DNA of 64,000 nucleotides from Deltaproteobacteria bacterium (GTDB lineage Bacteria; Myxococcota; Kuafuiibacteriia; Kuafuiibacteriales; Kuafuiibacteriaceae): NCBI GenBank assembly GCA_040218735.1, contig JAVJQW010000057.1, positions 352,001 to 416,000 of the forward strand, read 5' to 3'. Shown piece by piece: positions 59,491 to 64,000 of this stretch (position 1 is its first letter; each line of letters starts with the position of its first letter). The notes under the pieces were generated by a model. It saw only the letters and a program-made list of their open reading frames with translations, ran no database searches and was not told where the DNA came from. The position numbers and the translations under genes were made by a program.

Positions 59491-61239
59491 TCAGCGCGCG
59501 GCGTCCGCGAGGACCCACTTCCACAGCACCGCCGCCGCCGCCGCCGCGACCGCGAGCAGCACCATCGCCGGCACGAACATCCCGAGCAGCAGCTTCCCGA
59601 GCCCGAACATCGCGCAGAAGATCATCGCGAGGCACACGACGTACTGCCCGAGGGTGTCGAGGCCGATCGAGGAGCGTCCCTCCGTCGCCTCCAACGCGAC
59701 CGGCCCCCACAGCCACGCGGGCGGACGGACGCGCTCGTAGAAAGCGACGAGGCGCGCGCGCGGCTCGGGTTTCGTGAACGACGCGGTCAGCAGCGTCACC
59801 GCGCCCGACACGCCGCAGATGATCAGGATGCGCGTCGCGGAGGGGCCGGTGCCCGACGCGCCCAGCTCGGGATCGAGCCGGAGCACCACCGCGGTGAGCA
59901 TCGACGTCGCGAGCGTGACCAGCTCGGTCAGGCCGTTCACGCGCCACCAGAACCAACGCAGGATCGTGACCAGCCCGAGCCCGGCCATCAGCTCCATCTT
60001 GAGCCGGAACGCCGACAGCACGGACGGCATCAACAGCGCGAGCACCCCCGCGATCACCGCGAGGGACACGAGGATGATCCGCGAGACGACGAGGTAGTGG
60101 CGCTCGCTCGCGTCCCGCTTCACGAAGCGGCGGTAGACGTCGTTCGAGAGGTAACCGCCGCAGAGGTTGAGGAGTGAGTCGACCGTCGACATGAACGCCG
60201 CGAAGAACGACGCCACCATCAACGCGCGCAACCCCGCCGGCATCAGGTCCGCGATCATCCGCGGGTACGCCGTCTCGTGGTCGACGAGGTCCGGGTACAA
60301 CAGGATCGACGCGAGCGCCGTGAGGTACCAGGGCCACGAACGGAACACCCACTGCACGAGCATGTTCCACACGCCCGACAGCAGCGCGTTGCCTTCGTTC
60401 TTACACGACAGGAACCGCTGCGCGCGCTGACCGCTGCCGTCGATGTACGGCGTCGACCACCACTGCACGCCGAAGTACACGCCGATCGCGATCGCCGGGA
60501 CCGCCGCGCCGTCGAGGGAGGGGAGGAAGTCGAGCGTCGTGCCGTCGTGATGCTCCGCGAGCCCCTCGACCAAGCCGCGCGGACCACCCACACGATCCAC
60601 CGCGATGTACGCGAGCACGATCGCGCCGAGCATCGCGACGCCGAACTCCACGAGGTCCGTCACCACCACGCCCCACAGGCCGGACGTCACGGAGTAGGAC
60701 AGCGCGATCGTGATCAGCACAATCACCACGGCGACGTCGGAGCGCGCTTCGAAGCCGGCGACGACGAACGTCTCGGGGAGGTCGACGAGGACCGCGATCA
60801 TCTTCGTCATACCGAGGATGACCCACGACAGCGTGATGATCTCCAGAACCACCCCGCGGAAGAACGCCGCGCTCACACGCAGCACCGCGGCGGGGCGCCC
60901 GCTGTACCTCAGCTCGATCATCTCGGGGTCGGTGACGACGCCGGTGCGACGCCACAGCCGCGCAAAGAAGAACGCGACCGCAACGCCGTACAGGATGCCG
61001 CTCCAGTAGAACCACGCGCCGGAGAGCCCGTGCTCGCGGATCATCCGGGTGACGTGCAGGGGGGTGTCACTCGCGAAGCTCGTCGCGAGCATCGAGGTGC
61101 CGGCGAGCCACCACGGCAGGCTTCGGCCTGCGACGAAGAAGTCCGCCATCGAGCCCGTGCCCCGTCGGCTGACCCACAGGCCGAGGCCGAACAAGGCGAG
61201 CAGGCTGATGGCGACGATGATCCAATCGAGAGCGGTCAT
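59491..61239 (-). CDS. Sodium:solute symporter family protein
   Basis: DFFVAGRSLPWWLAGTSMLAT, SGLWGVVVTD, QRFLSCK and AAFMSTVDSLLN; about 13 TM segments. Confidence 0.93.
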   Translation of the reverse strand: MTALDWIIVAISLLALFGLGLWVSRRGTGSMADFFVAGRSLPWWLAGTSMLATSFASDTPLHVTRMIREHGLSGAWFYWSGILYGVAVAFFFARLWRRTGVVTDPEMIELRYSGRPAAVLRVSAAFFRGVVLEIITLSWVILGMTKMIAVLVDLPETFVVAGFEARSDVAVVIVLITIALSYSVTSGLWGVVVTDLVEFGVAMLGAIVLAYIAVDRVGGPRGLVEGLAEHHDGTTLDFLPSLDGAAVPAIAIGVYFGVQWWSTPYIDGSGQRAQRFLSCKNEGNALLSGVWNMLVQWVFRSWPWYLTALASILLYPDLVDHETAYPRMIADLMPAGLRALMVASFFAAFMSTVDSLLNLCGGYLSNDVYRRFVKRDASERHYLVVSRIILVSLAVIAGVLALLMPSVLSAFRLKMELMAGLGLVTILRWFWWRVNGLTELVTLATSMLTAVVLRLDPELGASGTGPSATRILIICGVSGAVTLLTASFTKPEPRARLVAFYERVRPPAWLWGPVALEATEGRSSIGLDTLGQYVVCLAMIFCAMFGLGKLLLGMFVPAMVLLAVAAAAAAVLWKWVLADAAR

Positions 61240-61330
61240 ACGCGCTCTCGATCAGGTACTTCGATTGGCGGGGGGTGATGAACGGTCGGGCGTCGAGGGT
61301 CGAGGAAGTTTCAACCCGGGTCAGATTCGG

Positions 61331-61549
61331 TCAGCGGCGCTCGCGCCACATGCAGTCGAAGCTGACGGCCTTGCGCTCCCACTTGTCCTTGCGCTCGAGC
61401 TTCGGGCCCTGGTGCGTGACCTTCGCGGCCTCGACGCTCTCGGCCTTCTTGCCCGTCGCGGCGAGCGCCGTCGTGGCGCCGATGGCCAGGACCGCGGCGA
61501 CCGCGATCGTGGCGATGGAGGTGATCTTGTTTCGCTTGCTGTTCGTCAT
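61331..61549 (-). CDS. Small exported basic protein (72 aa)
   Basis: KRNK plus hydrophobic stretch plus ALA signal peptide; clean high-expression-style codons; sigma-54-like promoter just upstream. Confidence 0.65.
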   Translation of the reverse strand: MTNSKRNKITSIATIAVAAVLAIGATTALAATGKKAESVEAAKVTHQGPKLERKDKWERKAVSFDCMWRERR

Positions 61550-61576
61550 TGCTGTTGTTCTCTGGCCCGGTACAAA

Positions 61577-61675
61577 AGCATCGGCCGTGCCAACCGCGGA
61601 CGAGCCAATTCCTCAATGATTCCGTCCGATGCAGTCGACGACATGCAGCGCCCGGACTGCGTCTACTGCAGTCCG
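61577..61675 (-). promoter_or_regulatory. Candidate sigma-54 promoter and upstream activator palindrome
   Basis: Minus strand TGGCACG-GCCG-ATGCT (61592-61577) is one mismatch from TGGCACG-N4-TTGCW. Perfect CGGACTGC-N7-GCAGTCCG at 61653-61675. Confidence 0.6.
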
Positions 61676-61767
61676 CAGCCTGCCCAACCGCAGGCGCTGA
61701 CCGACGGTCCAGCGTACGAGGACGGGCCGACGTGACGCCGGGGTGTGATCCGGACGACGCTCACGGC

Positions 61768-62829
61768 GTGCGGTCCCCGAGCCTCCCCTGGGCGCTGTGC
61801 GCGCTCGTCGCCTGCACCTCCGCGCCGCCCGCCGTCTCCGAAGACGCCGGCGCCGCGAAGGACGCCGGTGCAACCCACGACGCCGGCGAGATGCGCGACG
61901 CCGGTGCAACCCACGACGCCGGCCCCAAAGCCGACGGCGGCACCCCCTCGGACGCCGGCGCCGATCGCGACGGCGGCCTCGCCGACGCCGGCCCCCCACG
62001 CGACGGCGGCACCCCCGTCGCCTGCCCGACCGGCGCCCTCGAACCCGGCGAACACCAGTTCGAGATGACCCACGACGGCGACGACCACGACTGGGAGATC
62101 CAGGTCCCCGCCGGCTACGACAACACCACGCCCGTCCCGCTCGTCCTCGACCTGCACCCCTACCTCAGCAACAAGGACTTCCAGCAGACCAACTCCGAGT
62201 TCGCGCAGCTCGCCGAGACCGAGGGCTTCGTCGTCGTCCGCCCCAACGGCTTCCGCAACTCCTGGAACGGCGGCGTCTCGTGCTGCGCGCCGTCCAACAG
62301 CGACGACAAGGACCACGTCGGCCTCCTGCGCCGCATCGTCGACGAGACCAAACAGCAGGTCTGCATCGACGCGCGCCGCGTCTACGTCACCGGGCACAGC
62401 AACGGCGCCGCGATGTCCCACCGCCTCGCGTGTGAAGCGGCCGACGTGTTCGCCGCCGCCGCGCCCGTATCCTTCCCGATCGGGCTGGAGGAGCTCGAGT
62501 CGTGCGCCCCCTCGCGCCCGATCTCCGTCATCCACTTCCACGGCGACCGCGACACGATCGTCCCGTACAACGGACGGACGATCGGGCAGCTCGTCCACCC
62601 CACACCCGAGAGCTTCGAACGGTGGAGCGTCGTGAACGGCTGCACCGGCCAGCCCACGGAGAGCTTCGCGATGGGCGACACCGTCTGCGAGACGTACACC
62701 CAGTGCGACGCGGGCGTGGAGGTCACGCTGTGCACGCTCGACTCGGGGCACCTCGACCCGTACTCGATCGGCGACATCGACACGACGCAGCACGCCTGGG
62801 ACTTCCTTCGCCGCTTCACCCTCCCCTGA
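61768..62829 (+). CDS. PHB-depolymerase/LpqC-like esterase lipoprotein
   Basis: Lipobox LVAC and DAG linker; PLVLDLH, GFVVVRPNG..SWNGG.CC, TGHSNGA nucleophile elbow and HFHGDRD. GTG start at 61768. Confidence 0.88.
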   Translation: MRSPSLPWALCALVACTSAPPAVSEDAGAAKDAGATHDAGEMRDAGATHDAGPKADGGTPSDAGADRDGGLADAGPPRDGGTPVACPTGALEPGEHQFEMTHDGDDHDWEIQVPAGYDNTTPVPLVLDLHPYLSNKDFQQTNSEFAQLAETEGFVVVRPNGFRNSWNGGVSCCAPSNSDDKDHVGLLRRIVDETKQQVCIDARRVYVTGHSNGAAMSHRLACEAADVFAAAAPVSFPIGLEELESCAPSRPISVIHFHGDRDTIVPYNGRTIGQLVHPTPESFERWSVVNGCTGQPTESFAMGDTVCETYTQCDAGVEVTLCTLDSGHLDPYSIGDIDTTQHAWDFLRRFTLP

Positions 62830-62918
62830 CACCGTCCGCGCCGTGACACGATCCGGCGTGTCACGACACGCGTCGACGCGCCCGAAGTGTCGTCGCCCGG
62901 GCTGGCACGTCGTTTGTT
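62828..62918 (+). promoter_or_regulatory. Candidate sigma-54-like promoter with GACAC/GTGTC palindromes
   Basis: TGGCACG-TCGT-TTGTT at 62903-62918 (-12 C replaced by T). Perfect CGTGACACG-N6-CGTGTCACG at 62842-62865 plus extra GACAC/GTGTC half-sites. Confidence 0.4.
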
Positions 62919-62931
62919 CTAGAGCGGGGAC

Positions 62932-63795
62932 ATGGGTCGCTCCGTCGCCGTCCACACCGAGATCGTCGCGCCCGAACGCCTCGCCCCGCAGGCGCTCGAG
63001 TACCTGATCGACGAGCTGTACGCCGTCCACACGCAGGTCTACGCGGGGGTCTCGCGCGACGCCTTCGCCGCCGACGTCGTGCTGCCCCCGTCGCGGACGC
63101 GCATCGCGATCACGCGCGTCCTCTCCGGCGCGGCGGTCGGCTACACCGCATCGCACCTGTACTACGCGCGCCCCGAGACCGGCGGCGTCGCCGTGATGCG
63201 CAGCGAGCGGAGCTACCTCCCGGCGTACCGCGACCTCGGGCTCGGCAGGATGCTGCTCTTCAAGGAGGCGCTTCGGTTCCGATCCCTCAACCCGCTCACC
63301 CCCCTCGTCGGGCTCTGCTGCCCCGTCGACCCCGCGGCGTACGTCGCGCTCGGCCGCTCGGCCGCGCAGCTCTGGCCGCACCCGAAGCGAAGGATGCCGG
63401 CCCGCGTTCAACGCCTCATGGGGACGCTGTCATCGTTCTTCACGCTGCCGACGATCGACGGGCGCCCCGGCGTGCGGCACATCGGCTGGATCACGCGCTC
63501 GTCCACGGACGAGGCCGCGCGGTGGGCGCGCTCCACGGACACCTTCGCCCGCTACTTCCACGCCGCGAACCCGGTGTACGCGCAAGGGAGCGGCTTGCTT
63601 ACGGTGGTCCCGCTCTCGCTCGGCAACCTCCTCCTCAGCGGCGCCCGGTTCCTCGCACGTCTTGCACGGTTGGGCCGCGGCCCTGGTGCTCACCTCGGTA
63701 CCGGACTAGAAACGCAGACGGGAGGCCTCCATGAAGCTCGACCGTCGCCTTGCGCTCCTGTCCACACTCACCACGGCGCTCGCCTGCTCCGGTGA
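62932..63795 (+). CDS. Hypothetical protein, GNAT-like fold
   Basis: AVGYT and YLPAYRDLGLGR resemble the GNAT acyl-CoA-binding motif. The tail overlaps the next gene by 65 bp. Confidence 0.65.
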   Translation: MGRSVAVHTEIVAPERLAPQALEYLIDELYAVHTQVYAGVSRDAFAADVVLPPSRTRIAITRVLSGAAVGYTASHLYYARPETGGVAVMRSERSYLPAYRDLGLGRMLLFKEALRFRSLNPLTPLVGLCCPVDPAAYVALGRSAAQLWPHPKRRMPARVQRLMGTLSSFFTLPTIDGRPGVRHIGWITRSSTDEAARWARSTDTFARYFHAANPVYAQGSGLLTVVPLSLGNLLLSGARFLARLARLGRGPGAHLGTGLETQTGGLHEARPSPCAPVHTHHGARLLR

Positions 63796-64000
63796 GGATC
63801 CGCCGGGCCTGACCTGCCCCGCCGGGACCGTCGCCGTCGACGGCCAGTGCGTCGCCGAGGGCACCGACGGCGGACAAGACCCGCGCGACGCCGGCATGGG
63901 TCCCCGCGACGGCGGCAACGATCCGGTCGACGGCGGCATGGGCGCCGCGTCGATCTCCACCGCGCAGCTGTCGTTCGGCCGCGTGGTGATGGGCGACGAG
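63731..64000 (+). CDS. Lipoprotein with DGG/DAG linker (partial, runs off the window)
   Basis: GGAGG at 63721 and ATG 63731: MKLDRRLALLSTLTTALAC-SGEDPPGLTCPAG...DGGQDPRDAGMGPRDGGNDPVDGG...LSFGRV. Not in the ORF track because it has no stop. Confidence 0.8.
   Translation, partial: MKLDRRLALLSTLTTALACSGEDPPGLTCPAGTVAVDGQCVAEGTDGGQDPRDAGMGPRDGGNDPVDGGMGAASISTAQLSFGRVVMGDE

Overview
High-GC (roughly 70% by eye) chromosomal window, most likely from a Myxococcota bacterium. The pointers are a MYXO-CTERM-type C-terminal anchor, many lipoproteins with Asp-Gly-Gly/Asp-Ala-Gly linkers and Cys-rich inserts, a pseudokinase-PEGA membrane protein and candidate sigma-54 promoters. About 45 CDS can be supported. 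Metabolic genes are rpiA, a GH63-like glucosidase, malQ, aceK, and icmF divergent from mutA-mutB-meaB. Signalling genes are two histidine kinases, XRE and GlxA/AraC regulators, an ECF sigma/anti-sigma module and an orphan KaiB. Surface or secreted enzymes include an M66-like protease, CRTAC1/ASPIC, CotH kinase, an anchored diheme cytochrome, SGNH, a PHP hydrolase with a porin, and a PHB-depolymerase-like esterase. I found no rRNA, tRNA, CRISPR array or intact transposase. The most notable observations are: (1) two decayed head-to-head HNH paralogues next to three 79-bp double-hairpin repeats flanked by CTAG; (2) a SycD/LcrH-like type III chaperone coupled to an unknown putative secreted protein; (3) a D[AG]G linker shared by at least eight unrelated envelope proteins; (4) an orphan kaiB tucked behind icmF; (5) three sigma-54-like promoters with upstream palindromes in front of uncharacterised genes; (6) a probable CTG-initiated Cys-rich TYW3-like gene; and (7) a symmetric 7-6-7 hexamer microsatellite. 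All product calls come from motif recognition by eye; no database searches were run.
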